From: Candidatus Kapaibacterium sp.
Lineage (GTDB): Bacteria > Bacteroidota > Ignavibacteria > Kapaibacteriales > UBA2268
Direction: 5' to 3'
DNA length: 64,000 nucleotides
Assembly (NCBI GenBank): GCA_963665665.1
Contig: OY762428.1
Span: 3,584,001 to 3,648,000, forward strand
Shown here: positions 50,393-61,900 of the stretch, piece after piece
Numbering within the stretch: position 1 is the first letter of the stretch
Layout of the letters: each line of letters begins with the position of its first letter
The notes under the pieces: generated by a model
Told to the model about the DNA's origin: nothing
Databases searched by the model: none
Seen by the model: only the letters and a program-made list of their open reading frames with translations
Position numbers and translations under genes: made by a program

Positions 50393-51334
50393 TTAATTAT
50401 TATCATGGATGAATAATCCTTCTGTTTCCGCGCGGTATCCGGCAAGAAAATCTTTGATCTTCATATTCTTTTTGCCAGGCATCTGGATTTCAAGGATCTC
50501 GATACATCCATTTCCGCAGGAGACTGTAAAACTACCATTATCTATCAGGAATGAACCGGGCATTCCTGTTTTTGCAGTTGACAGACCGGCACGTTTGATT
50601 TTAATTCTTTTATCGTTCCAGATTGTCCAGGCTCCGGGAACAGGGGACACTCCGTTGATATGATTTCTTATTTCTTTTGAAGGCTTATCCCAGTTAATTT
50701 CGCAGAAATCATTGAATATCTTAGGGGCCGGGCTTGCCATGCTGTTATCCTGTGGCTTTAGTTCATAGTTTCCGGATAGCAATAGTTCAATTGTTTGCAT
50801 AGACAAATCGGCAGCCATTGGCATAAGCATATCATGAAGGTCTCCGGCAGTACAATTTTCCGGGATTTTTATTTTGCTTTGCAGGAGCATATCTCCGGTG
50901 TCAACTTTTTCTTTGAGAACAAAAGAGGTAAGCCCGCTTTCTTTTTCCCCGTTCAGTATTGCCCAGTTTATCGGGGCCGCCCCACGGAATTTTGGCAGCA
51001 AACTTCCGTGAATGTTGAAGGTGGCAATTTTTGAAATATTGAATACTCTTGCCGGTAGTATCCGAAATGCGATAACAACCATTATATCTGGTTCGTATTG
51101 CTTCAGTTGCGGGGCAAAGTCCTCATCTTTTAATTTTTCGGGTTGAAGTACCGGGATACCAAGTTCCAAGGCTTTTTCCTTAACAGGCGATGGGAGAACT
51201 TTCTTACCTCGCCCTTTGGGTTTGTCCGGCACGGTTACAACGGCTTTTATATTATATTTTTCATGTATTGCTTCGAGCGATGGAACGGAAAATTCAGGCG
51301 TTCCCATAAAAATTATAGAAGGTTTGTCTTTCAT
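50393..51334 (-). CDS. fmt: Methionyl-tRNA formyltransferase
   Basis: FMGTPEF, PDKPKGRG, NIHGSLLPKFRGAAPINWA. Confidence 0.97.
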   Translation of the reverse strand: MKDKPSIIFMGTPEFSVPSLEAIHEKYNIKAVVTVPDKPKGRGKKVLPSPVKEKALELGIPVLQPEKLKDEDFAPQLKQYEPDIMVVIAFRILPARVFNISKIATFNIHGSLLPKFRGAAPINWAILNGEKESGLTSFVLKEKVDTGDMLLQSKIKIPENCTAGDLHDMLMPMAADLSMQTIELLLSGNYELKPQDNSMASPAPKIFNDFCEINWDKPSKEIRNHINGVSPVPGAWTIWNDKRIKIKRAGLSTAKTGMPGSFLIDNGSFTVSCGNGCIEILEIQMPGKKNMKIKDFLAGYRAETEGLFIHDNN

Positions 51335-51340
51335 ATCTCC

Positions 51341-52099
51341 TTACCGGGATATAGTGTAAATAAAATAACTTGCAAAAATAATTAAAAATATGCCAAAAGC
51401 CTTTTCCAATGTGCTGTTTTTTAATTTTATAGCTGCTCTGGCGCCAAGTGATGAAAATGGTATAACGGTGACGGCAAGGATAAGTGTTGTAGCTATATCA
51501 ATATTGCCCATGCCATAATGAGCGATACTATTTGTCAGAGCCAGAATTCCGACACAGAAAAGCGAAGTTGCAACGGCTTCTTTCATCGTCAGTTTGTTAA
51601 TTCTTATAAATGCCGTAACAAGGACTATACCACCGCCAACTGCAATATATCCGGAAACCAGCCCTGTAAGAATTCCGGAAATTATTCCTGCTTTGATGTT
51701 TTGATTACTATTGCCGGATTGCTTTTTAAAAAGTTTTGACGCGAAGAAGAATTTAAGTCCAAGTAGCATCAAAAATACGGATTTCAGTATCAGCGGCAGA
51801 CTATCGTTAGTAAAATTATTTAGATAAGCCCCGAGGAATCCAAAAGGAATTGCCGAGAGTACGGCAGGCAGAGCTATATTATATTTGATAAGCCCGGCTT
51901 TTGCATATCTGACAGAGCCTGATACTGCGGACGGCATTGCTGCCGGCAGTGGTGTTGCCAAAGCAAGCATAGCGGACATTCCGGCCATGATTGTAAGCAG
52001 CGGGGTGGCAACCACCGATCCGCCGATACCAAACATACCGGAACTGAAGCCCATTGCTGCTCCGGTAAATATTCTGATAATAATATCTTCAATTGACAT
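51341..52099 (-). CDS. TauE/SafE (TSUP) family membrane transporter
   Basis: GMFGIGG and AVGGG repeats, AVATSL, multiple TMs. Confidence 0.88.
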   Translation of the reverse strand: MSIEDIIIRIFTGAAMGFSSGMFGIGGSVVATPLLTIMAGMSAMLALATPLPAAMPSAVSGSVRYAKAGLIKYNIALPAVLSAIPFGFLGAYLNNFTNDSLPLILKSVFLMLLGLKFFFASKLFKKQSGNSNQNIKAGIISGILTGLVSGYIAVGGGIVLVTAFIRINKLTMKEAVATSLFCVGILALTNSIAHYGMGNIDIATTLILAVTVIPFSSLGARAAIKLKNSTLEKAFGIFLIIFASYFIYTISR

Positions 52100-52283
52100 A
52101 TATAAATGATATTTCTTAAAAAACTAAAGATAACAATTAATAATTATTTGTCAAATTTGATTTTTTCTACAAAAGAAACTATCTTGAGTTGATTTTTACA
52201 AAAAACTTATATTATTGAATATCATTTTTTATATTGCATTCAGAGTAATTTAATTATTTCCATTGGGTAGTTACGGGGCATCA

Positions 52284-52844
52284 ATGAAAATATACTTATT
52301 CCTGATATTATTGTCATCTTTTATACTTCTGTCTTGCGATGAAAAGTCAGAATCAGAAAGAATTAAAAACAGGGCTGAGAAAAAGGAAAATATTACAATT
52401 CCGGGGGCTTATGATTCGCTCTTGCAAAATAGCAGATTTTCATCTCCGGAAAAATTAGTCATGGAGCTTTATAACTCTATAAGTTTCAAGAAAGATTCCC
52501 GCCCCCAACTTAATGAATTCAGGAAATTATTTCATGACGATGGAATTTTGAGAAGCTGCCGCAATAATAAAACTTTGACTCTTTCAGTTTCTGATTTCAT
52601 TAATAATTTTTACAAACAATCCAAATCAGGGAAATTATTATCATTTCAGGAATCTGAAGTAAAAACTGACTTTGAAGTATATGAATTTATAGCTTCTGCG
52701 AGTTCATCTTATACTACCACCGGTGAAACAGAAAAGGGTGAGTTTTGCAGGAAAGGAATAAACCTGATCCAGTTCACAAAATACAGGAACAGGTGGTACA
52801 TTAGCTCGATAATTTGGTCTGATGAAGATATTAAAAAGGATTGA
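52284..52844 (+). CDS. Lipoprotein with NTF2-like domain
   Basis: Lipobox LLSC; GINLIQF...RWYISSIIW. Confidence 0.7.
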   Translation: MKIYLFLILLSSFILLSCDEKSESERIKNRAEKKENITIPGAYDSLLQNSRFSSPEKLVMELYNSISFKKDSRPQLNEFRKLFHDDGILRSCRNNKTLTLSVSDFINNFYKQSKSGKLLSFQESEVKTDFEVYEFIASASSSYTTTGETEKGEFCRKGINLIQFTKYRNRWYISSIIWSDEDIKKD

Positions 52845-52848
52845 TTCT

Positions 52849-53523
52849 ATGCTAACTTTAACCGAAGAATTATTACTGCTCGGACTCCACGACGACAAAG
52901 GCAGCGTCGTATTCAATGCATCAACAGGATTGCCGTTCGGAATGGCCGGAACCATATTAATGGATCTGTTATTTCAAGACAAAATACTGCTTGAAAATGG
53001 TATTGTTAAGATCAAAAGCGAGTCACTTCCGGGAAATCCCATTCTTGACGATGCTTTGCTGGAGATGATTACATACAGAAAAGACAAAGATGTAAAATTC
53101 TGGGTAAACAGGATAAATTCCAAAGTTAAGAATATAAGGGAACGAACGGCTGAAATGCTGGTGCAAAAAGGAATCCTTAAAAAAGAAGAAAAGAAATTTC
53201 TTTTTGTTTTCACAACTGAAAGATACCCTACTTCAAATCCTGTTCCGGAAATTGAACTCCGCAAAAGGATAAAAGATATTGTGCTCGGCGGGGCTGCTGC
53301 AACCGAAAGAGAACTTACCCTGATTGGCCTGATTGAACCATGTGGCCTTGTGGAAGAAATCTTTGAAAAAAGTGAGAGGAAAACTGCCAAAGTAAACATG
53401 AAGAATCTTCAAAAGTCTAATGTTGGCAACGCTGTTAATAAGATAATACAGGAAATGACAACTGCTATCCTCGCAACGGTTATAGCAACCACTGCGGCAA
53501 CAACAGTTGTCACTTCAAGCTGA
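52849..53523 (+). CDS. GOLPH3/VPS74 (GPP34) family protein
   Basis: LTLTEELLLL, G.AG..L.DL, LVQKGIL, RYP. Confidence 0.85.
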   Translation: MLTLTEELLLLGLHDDKGSVVFNASTGLPFGMAGTILMDLLFQDKILLENGIVKIKSESLPGNPILDDALLEMITYRKDKDVKFWVNRINSKVKNIRERTAEMLVQKGILKKEEKKFLFVFTTERYPTSNPVPEIELRKRIKDIVLGGAAATERELTLIGLIEPCGLVEEIFEKSERKTAKVNMKNLQKSNVGNAVNKIIQEMTTAILATVIATTAATTVVTSS

Positions 53524-54126
53524 TCAACTAATTGGTTTTTCCCATCCGGAATCAAAAAATGTATTGCCGAGCGGCCTGCGGAAACGTTCCGCCGTTTCGG
53601 CTTTTTTATACCTGTCATCAAGGATATCCGGCTCGGCCTGGTATCCGATCGCTATCGCTACCATAGGTGTAAACCCATCCGGAACCTTGAAGTCACGAAT
53701 AATCTTATCACCGTCAAAACCTCCCATCGGATGTGCCATCAACCCAAGGCTGACAGCCTGAAGATAAATGTTTTCCGATGCTGCGCCTGTATCAAACTGC
53801 CCCCAGCGATTTGCCTCTCCGTTTTTACGGAATACTTCTGATGACAGCCCGAATAAGAGAACCGGTGCATTTTCAGCCCATCCCTGGTTCCACTCTCCCA
53901 GGCAGGCCATTGCCCGGTTGTATGCCTCTTCGTTATGATTCCTGTCGAACACCATGAACCGCCAGGGTTCATCACCAAAGCAGGAGGGAGCCCATCTTCC
54001 GGCTTCACAAACGGAGAGTATATCTTCCCTGCCAACTGTCCTTTTCTTGTCAAATGCACGGGGACTCCATCTTTTTGCTAAAATTTCTGCTAATTTGGAG
54101 TCAGTTATCGCCAATTTATCTTTCAT
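53524..54126 (-). CDS. Nitroreductase family protein
   Basis: RWSPRAF, WAPSCFGDEPWRF, HPMGGFD, AIGY. Confidence 0.93.
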   Translation of the reverse strand: MKDKLAITDSKLAEILAKRWSPRAFDKKRTVGREDILSVCEAGRWAPSCFGDEPWRFMVFDRNHNEEAYNRAMACLGEWNQGWAENAPVLLFGLSSEVFRKNGEANRWGQFDTGAASENIYLQAVSLGLMAHPMGGFDGDKIIRDFKVPDGFTPMVAIAIGYQAEPDILDDRYKKAETAERFRRPLGNTFFDSGWEKPIS

Positions 54127-54299
54127 ACAATTACCTTCTTTAATAGTGTATAGAATAATTGAATGAGACGAATTTATTCTTAAATATTTTCCAATATTAG
54201 AATTGGAATATATTTTTGAGCTATTGTATTTTTAGAACTACACAATATTAAATGCTAATTATATAATTAGCTATGGCTAATTAGGATGGCTAAATATAA

Positions 54300-54640
54300 C
54301 CATAATTTTCCACAATGTTATCCACACAAGTTATTTAAATCACATCTGTATTATTTTGAAGGAATATTGTAGTAATATTCAGCCTCTTTTGTTAATTTCC
54401 TAAAAGCAGTTATTTATTATGAAAATATAATAATCTATGTAAATTATTGTAATATAAGGAAAAGTAAAATTGCAAGAATTATTTTTCCACAAAATTGCTT
54501 CTTAACACAATTTTAATCGTATCAAAACTATGGTTATGTCCTAAAACCCCATCAATAATAAGTTTCGAAGGGAATAATTCAAAAAAAGAAAGTTTTCCAC
54601 AGCCTGTGTGGAAAAAAATGAAGTTGTGTAGAGAAAAAAT
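54300..54640. promoter_or_regulatory. DnaA-box cluster, candidate replication origin (oriC)
   Basis: TTTTCCACA 54306, TTATCCACA 54318, TTTTCCACA 54483 and 54593, TGTGGAAAA 54607 in a ~630-bp AT-rich intergenic region. Confidence 0.65.
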
Positions 54641-54763
54641 TGTTGACTTTTCTAACGCACAATATTTTCAAAACAGTTATTAATTTTCGTTAAAAACAAA
54701 TATAATTTTGATTAAAATTATATGTTTCTGCAATGTTTTGTAATTGAATATGTTGCTGAAAAT

Positions 54764-55123
54764 TTATATCCATTCACCTATACTGCCATCTGAATTATCA
54801 CCTGTATTAATAGTGCCCGCAGGTTCAATAAGCATTACGGAACATTCCTCTTTAGCAACGGGCTTGTGCTCGATACCTTTGGGAATAACCAGCATTTCTC
54901 CCTCGTTCAAACAAACAGTTCCGTTTCTGAATTCAATATCCAGTGTTCCTTTTATCACAAGAAACATTTCGTCAGCATCATTATGCACATGCCAGACGAA
55001 ATCGCCTTTGAGCTTTGCCAGTTTAACGTGATTATCATTAAGGGAAGCAATTATTCTCGGGCTGTAATGTTCTGTGAACAAAGATAGTTTCTCGTTGATA
55101 TTTATAGATTTTGGTATATCCAT
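54764..55123 (-). CDS. Cupin domain protein
   Basis: KLAKLKGDFVWHVH..ADEMF, PKGIEHKP. Confidence 0.9.
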   Translation of the reverse strand: MDIPKSININEKLSLFTEHYSPRIIASLNDNHVKLAKLKGDFVWHVHNDADEMFLVIKGTLDIEFRNGTVCLNEGEMLVIPKGIEHKPVAKEECSVMLIEPAGTINTGDNSDGSIGEWI

Positions 55124-55133
55124 ATTAATCAGT

Positions 55134-55865
55134 TTAAATTTTCTCAAAATTCAGTTTCGCTCTGAATGACTCATTATCGATTGTCAAGTTCCTGCCGCTG
55201 AAAAGAAAGCAATCACCGGATTGAAATTTTGATATTTCCAGAACGTCACCGGGTTTGGTTTCATGCATAAAATTAATTTTCGCACGTTTAAGCATCATTT
55301 TGTTCCAATACTCAATATCAATCATACTGCTAACCCATCTCAGGTATTTAGCATTATTCACGTGCCCGTTGATATCAAAATCCGGGTATGACGACTTTCG
55401 GATAATTTTAAGATCAGGGTTATTATCAGGAATATCAGGCCTTGAGAAATCAACTTCAAGTGAATTCTCGCTGACGATATCCTTATCAGCTATAAATTGT
55501 GCAGGTTTTACAGGCCTTTTTTTGATGCTGTCAACAAGAAGCCAGGAACTGGCAGCCCTGCATATAATATTTCCTTCGGAATTTAAAATCTGGTAATCCC
55601 TAAGCCCGTAAAATCTCTCAGCTCCGCGAGACCAGGTTTTCACTTCAATTTGATCTTTGAAAGTCGGATATTGTGTCATCTCAAATTCTATTGAATTCAA
55701 TACCCAGAATAATTTTCTTTCAGTCATGTCTTTATAGCCGAAACCAAGTTTCAAAGCATGTTGTTCGGCATTTTCCTGGAAATAATTTAAAATACCTTCG
55801 GGCATCAGCCTTCCAAGAAGGTCGGTATTCCATGTGTTTATCTTAAAATAATCCGAATGTTTCAT
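55134..55865 (-). CDS. Acyl-ACP thioesterase
   Basis: FQE.A..HA, WVL, DINGHVNNAKY. Confidence 0.9.
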   Translation of the reverse strand: MKHSDYFKINTWNTDLLGRLMPEGILNYFQENAEQHALKLGFGYKDMTERKLFWVLNSIEFEMTQYPTFKDQIEVKTWSRGAERFYGLRDYQILNSEGNIICRAASSWLLVDSIKKRPVKPAQFIADKDIVSENSLEVDFSRPDIPDNNPDLKIIRKSSYPDFDINGHVNNAKYLRWVSSMIDIEYWNKMMLKRAKINFMHETKPGDVLEISKFQSGDCFLFSGRNLTIDNESFRAKLNFEKI

Positions 55866-56013
55866 TTTATCCCCGACATTACCAGTATTTTTTATTTTCA
55901 AAAAGCCTAAAATATTTATATGTTATTGTCGAAAACAAATGTAAGAGATTATTTTGATAAAATTCAATAAATTGTAATAATAATTGAATACAAAATTGAA
56001 ATTGAAGAAAAAT

Positions 56014-57942
56014 ATGAAAATATCGAAATACGGATTGTTCAGGGTTGCAGTAGCTACTCCGGAAACACGTGTAGCTGATGTTGAATTTAACACTGAAAAA
56101 ATAGTCAGGTTAGTTGAAAAATCTTCTGAAAAAGGAGCAGTGCTGCTTGTCACTCCTGAATTATCACTGAGTTCATATACCTGCGGTGATTTGTTTTTCG
56201 AGAAAAAACTTAGGTCGGAAGTATTAAAATCTTTAGAACTGATTGCGGCAAAAACAAAAGAAACATCAACAGCAGTTATTGTCGGTGCTCCGATCAGTTC
56301 CAACGGCAGATTGTATAATTGTGCCGTAATGATAAATAACGGAAATGTGGAAGGGATAGTTCCCAAAACATACCTGTGCAATACAAATGAATATTATGAG
56401 GAAAGATGGTTCTCGTCTGAAAAGGACAGGGTAGAGGATTTTATCAGCTTAGGCAGCAATGAAATTCCCTTTGGAGCCGATATTCTATTTGAAATTTCAG
56501 AATTAAATGTAAAAATTGGGATTGAAATCTGTGAAGACCTATGGGCTGTTATACCTCCGAGCCTCGGAATGGCATCGGCAGGAGCAAATATCATTTGCAA
56601 TTTGTCTGCCAGTGATGAAAAACTTGAAAAAATGCAATTGCGTAAAGATGTTGTAAAAATGCAGTCGGCAAGGTGTTTTGGCGCCTATCTGTATTCTGCA
56701 TGCGGCCCCGGTGAATCTACAGGCGACCTTGTTTATTCAGGCCATTCAATGATAGCCGAAAACGGGAATATTATTTCTGAAACAGAAAGATTCAGTTTTA
56801 AAGATCAACTGATAGTAAAAGATATTGATATTGATTACCTTGAAGATTCAAGGCTTAGAAATAACAGCTACGGGTTTTCAGCATTACCATTTGATTACAG
56901 AATAATACCCATCGCGTTCGATGAAAAGAATACAGATGAGATATATCTTAATATTGATTCCACACCTTTCATTCCCAAAGAGGACAGTAATGCATATTTC
57001 AGGGAAGTTATTGATATTCAAACAACAGGGCTTGCAAAAAGGATTATGCATATTGGCTGCAAAAATGTTGTAATTGGTATTTCAGGCGGGCTTGATTCTA
57101 CACTGGCACTTCTGATATGTGCTTCAGCATTCGAGAAATTAAATCTTGATAAAAAAGGTATTCATGCCATAACAATGCCCGGTTTCGGAACAACGGGCCG
57201 AACAAGGGGAAATGCTGAAAAGCTGGCTGATCTTTTAGAGATAAGTTTAAAAGAAATTCCAATATCGGATTCTGTTCTTCAGCATTTTAAGGATATTGGC
57301 CATAACCCTGAGACAAAAGATATTGTTTATGAAAATGCACAGGCCAGAGAAAGAACACAGATATTAATGGACTATGCCAATATTGTAAGTGGTATTGTTG
57401 TTGGTACGGGGGACCTTTCCGAGCTTGCGCTCGGCTGGGCGACTTATAATGGTGATCAGATGTCCATGTACGGGGTAAATGCCGGAATTCCAAAAACATT
57501 GTTAAAGGAAGTTGTCCGGTTTAAAGCTTCGAGTGAATCAAATAAGGATATATCTCAGGTGTTACTGGATATAATTGATACACCAATTTCCCCGGAATTA
57601 CTACCTGCTGATGAAGGTGGTAATATTAAGCAAAAAACAGAAGACAAACTGGGGCCTTATGAAGTTCATGATTTTATATTGTTTCATTTACTCAGAAGGC
57701 ATTTTTCCCCGGGGAAAATATTTTTACTGGCTGAAAGGGCATTTGCCGGGCAGTACGGGGGTGAACAACTTAAAAGCTGGTTCAAGTTGTTTTATTCCAG
57801 GTTCTTCAGCCAGCAATTCAAACGTTCGGCAATGCCCGACGGGGCAAAAATCGGTTTTTACGGTTTGTCTCCCCGTGGAGACTGGCGAATGCCAAGCGAT
57901 GCAACTGCGGTAATATGGCTAAAAGAAATAGATGAATTATAA
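56014..57942 (+). CDS. nadE: Glutamine-dependent NAD(+) synthetase
   Basis: Nitrilase domain (PEL, PKT, EICEDLW) + SGGLDS, ENAQARER, FKRS. Confidence 0.96.
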   Translation: MKISKYGLFRVAVATPETRVADVEFNTEKIVRLVEKSSEKGAVLLVTPELSLSSYTCGDLFFEKKLRSEVLKSLELIAAKTKETSTAVIVGAPISSNGRLYNCAVMINNGNVEGIVPKTYLCNTNEYYEERWFSSEKDRVEDFISLGSNEIPFGADILFEISELNVKIGIEICEDLWAVIPPSLGMASAGANIICNLSASDEKLEKMQLRKDVVKMQSARCFGAYLYSACGPGESTGDLVYSGHSMIAENGNIISETERFSFKDQLIVKDIDIDYLEDSRLRNNSYGFSALPFDYRIIPIAFDEKNTDEIYLNIDSTPFIPKEDSNAYFREVIDIQTTGLAKRIMHIGCKNVVIGISGGLDSTLALLICASAFEKLNLDKKGIHAITMPGFGTTGRTRGNAEKLADLLEISLKEIPISDSVLQHFKDIGHNPETKDIVYENAQARERTQILMDYANIVSGIVVGTGDLSELALGWATYNGDQMSMYGVNAGIPKTLLKEVVRFKASSESNKDISQVLLDIIDTPISPELLPADEGGNIKQKTEDKLGPYEVHDFILFHLLRRHFSPGKIFLLAERAFAGQYGGEQLKSWFKLFYSRFFSQQFKRSAMPDGAKIGFYGLSPRGDWRMPSDATAVIWLKEIDEL

Positions 57943-58009
57943 ATAATTGGTCTGTTTTTTGATTATATGTATTTTTGTATTAACTATATTTCAGAATAAA
58001 GCAATTGTA

Positions 58010-58669
58010 ATGGCAGAAACAGGATATACAGGAAAAATCAGAGTAATATTGGCGGACGATCATGAAATAGTCAGAGCCGGAATGAAAAGGCTTATTTCTA
58101 TTGATAAAGATATAGAAATAGTTGACGAAGCCAAAAATGGCCAGGAAGCTGTTGAATTAGTAACGTATCATAAACCGGATATTGCCATTCTTGATATTCT
58201 TATGCCAAGAATGAATGGAATCGATGCTGCTGCAAAAATTAAAGAGAAGTTTCCGGAAATTCTTGTTATTATGCTTACTGCATTCGAGGATCATGATCAC
58301 GTGGAAAATGCTATTTCGGCAGGAGCGAATGGGTATCTGATAAAGGATATCAGCGCGAAAGAGCTAACCAAAGCTATACGGCAGGTAATGAATGGCGAAA
58401 GGGTTTTTACAAATTCAATTATTAAGTTGATGCAGAAGAAGTATGTGAAGGATAGTTCAGATTCAGAAAAATCTATTGTTATTACAAAAAGGGAGCAGGA
58501 GATACTGAACCTGGTGGCAAAGGGGAAGACCAGTCCGGAAATTGCAGAGGTATTGTTTATCAGTACCCGCACAGTTGAATCTCATCGCTATAACCTTATG
58601 CAAAAGCTTGGAGTTAAAAATGCTGCCGGCTTGGTTCGTTATGCTGTTTCACAAAGTAAGTCATTATAG
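58010..58669 (+). CDS. NarL/LuxR-family DNA-binding response regulator
   Basis: LADDH...LDI.MP...GYLIK; TKREQEIL...EIA..LFISTRTVESH. Confidence 0.95.
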   Translation: MAETGYTGKIRVILADDHEIVRAGMKRLISIDKDIEIVDEAKNGQEAVELVTYHKPDIAILDILMPRMNGIDAAAKIKEKFPEILVIMLTAFEDHDHVENAISAGANGYLIKDISAKELTKAIRQVMNGERVFTNSIIKLMQKKYVKDSSDSEKSIVITKREQEILNLVAKGKTSPEIAEVLFISTRTVESHRYNLMQKLGVKNAAGLVRYAVSQSKSL

Positions 58670-58939
58670 ATATATTTTTAGTTAATAGCTTGTTTGAATT
58701 TCTTTCTTCACCCCGAAAAGTTAAATGGTAAGAAAAAATTTGGTGTGTAATTATTAAGTATTATAATGTCAAATTATGATTAATATATTTTAATCATAAT
58801 TTAATATTATCGTCCTGGCTAATATTATTTGTACATTCAGTAATTATACTGATTGATATTCGTTCAATAAAGATGTAATTTGAAACTACTATGATGAAAC
58901 TGATTTGAAAAATTGATAATTATATTTAACGGGGATCCT

Positions 58940-61900
58940 ATGAGAACTCTGCTACGACATGAAATAGATAGTAAAAAAATTCTAATATTTTTAATTGCTT
59001 TTATAGTTTTTGCTTCACCAGCCTTGGCCCAAACAGAGAATGTAGGGATAGGGACAACCTCACCTGATAATTCTGCGCTTCTTGATGTGGATGTATCATC
59101 AATGGCAACGAAAAGGGGTTTTTTAATTCCCAGGATGACAACTGCGGAAAGAAATTCAATAACCAGCCCGGCTACGGGCCTTGTTGTTTACAATACTGAT
59201 AATGGAAGATTTGAATATAATAACAATACTCCGGCAGCGCCAAACTGGGTTGGGCTGATCTCATCCGAAGCTACTGTGCCTTTTAACCTGATAACAGCTG
59301 GTACTAATTCCGGCCAGGCTTTATTGATTGGTGACGGTTCAACATTGGGGCCTACAGGAACCGGTACTATTACAGCAAATATTTTCACGGGTACAGGTTC
59401 TACATCTGATATGGTTGATCTTGCCACAGGCGAGGTTTCCGGTGTTTTGCCGATTGCAAATGGTGGAACTAATTCATCAGCAGCACTTATCAATGATCAG
59501 TTAATGATCTCATCCGGCGGAGCTATTGTTGAAGCCGGTGCGATGACTGACGGACAACTTGTAATTGGTTCTTCTGGTGCTGCTCCTGTTGTTACGACTT
59601 TAACCGAAGGGGCAAATATATCAATAACTAATGCTCCGGGTTCAATCACAATTGCTTCAGATTTACCGGCTTTAAATTCTGCTGAAATATGGATAGGTGA
59701 TGCCTCAAGCCAGGCTGTATCCCAGTCGATTGGCGGAGATGCCGGCCTTGCTCTTGATGGTACATTAACACTTGCCACTACGGCAGTATCGCCCGGGACT
59801 TATGGTAACGCCACGCAGGTGGCCACTTTCACGGTTGATACGAAAGGACGTTTAACAGCTGCAGGCAATCAGGATATCAGCGGTGTATCACCGGTTGGAA
59901 GTGCCTTGAACCAGACCCAGGTATGGATAGGCGATGCATCAAACCAGGCTGCGGCTCAAACTATTGGTGGCGATGCCACTATTGCTGCAAACGGGGACCT
60001 GACACTGGCTACTACGGCAGTATCTGCCGGGTCTTATGGTAACGCCACGCAGGTGGCCACTTTCACGGTTGATACGAAGGGACGTTTAACAGCTGCAGGC
60101 AATCAGGATATCAGCGGTGTATCACCGGTTGGAAGTGCCTTGAACCAGACCCAGGTATGGATTGGTGATGCATCTAACCAGGCAGCGGCTCAAACTATTG
60201 GTGGCGATGCCACTATTGCTGCAAACGGGGACCTGACACTGGCTACCACGTCAGTATCTGCCGGGACTTATGGTAACGCCACGCAGGTGGCCACTTTCAC
60301 GGTTGATACGAAGGGACGTTTAACAGCTGCAGGCAATCAGGATATCAGTGGTGTATCACCGGTTGGAAGTGCCTTGAACCAGGCCCAGGTATGGATAGGT
60401 GATGCATCTAACCAGGCAGCGGCTCAAACAATTGGTGGTGATGCCACTATTGCTGCAAACGGGGATTTAACTCTTGAACCTTCAGGAGTTACTGCTGCTA
60501 TTTATGGTGATGGCCTTAGTGTTCCGCAATTAACTGTAAATGCAAAAGGCCTTTTAACTTCAGTTACAAATACAACTATAACTTCAAATTCATCAACAAG
60601 CGCGGGTATAGTTGCATCCGGAGCCGGTCAGGCTAATCAGATATGGAAAACTGATGCAACAGGAAATCCTGCATGGAGGGATGATGCAACGGGTATTACA
60701 AGTATAACAGCAGGTACAGGCCTTGACGGCGGTACTATAACTACTACAGGAACGATTGACCTGGCTAATACTACTGTAACACCAGGTTCTTATGGCAGCG
60801 CAACTGAAGTAGCAACTTTTACTGTTGATGCACAGGGCAGGCTGACTGCTGCTGCTAATACAACAATAAGCGGTGTTGCTCCGGGCGGAGCTGCCGGAGG
60901 TGACCTGAGTGGCTCTTATCCCAATCCGGATATTGCCGCTGGGGTTATTATAAATGCTGATATTAATAACAGTGCTGAAATAGATGTATCAAAATTGGCA
61001 GAGGGCGGGACTACCGGTGAGCTTATCCGTACAAACGGTACGGATGTAGAATGGTGGTCCCCCGATTTTCCGACTGGATCAGGAGCAGCAAACCAGGTAA
61101 CATACTGGAGCGGTGTCGGAACTATTACTTCATCAGCCAATTATACTTATGATGGATCTGATCTGGGGCTGACAGGTAATGCCGGAATCACTGGTGACCT
61201 TGACGTAACCGGAACAATTGGTATTATAAACGGAACCGGCGGCGAAAATACTTTTACAACAATTGCCGGGCAGAGTGCTGTGATTAATTACAATCTGCCT
61301 TCAGCCTTACCGGTTTCCACGGGATTTCTTCAATCAAATTCAACAGGACAGTTATCCTGGGTTGATTTTACTTTTCCGACCGGAACAGAAGGACAGACAG
61401 TAAGGTTCGACAATGCCGGACAAATGGAAGCAAGCAGCGCAATTTATAATGACGGATCAAATATCGGTATGGGGCTGACTTCGGCAATAGGTTCCAGGCT
61501 TGTTGTGAAAGGAAGCGGTAATACCATTGCCACAAGCGCTTTGAATGTTACTAATAATGCAGACAATTCTTTGCTTTTCGTTCGGGATGACGGAAAAGTT
61601 GGAATTGGCAATAATACTCCTGGGGCTTTGCTTGATGTTGACGGAAGCGCAATATTCAATGAGAGCGGTACGGACGTAGATTTTCGTGTGGAATCTGATA
61701 ATCTTACTCACATGTTTTTTGTTGATGGTGAAGGAGACCAGATCGGGATAGGTACATCAAACCCTACTTCAACAGTTACTCTTGATATAATTGGTAATAC
61801 AAGAATTGAAGGTGACCTGGAAGTTACCGGCGAGATTGACCCTGTATCAGTTATTTACCAGCCTCAGGCCACAGCGCCGGCTGCATTAAAAGGAAAACTT

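Noticed and set aside
52849-53523. GOLPH3-like gene as a eukaryotic transfer
   Set aside because: The GPP34 family is already known in bacteria.
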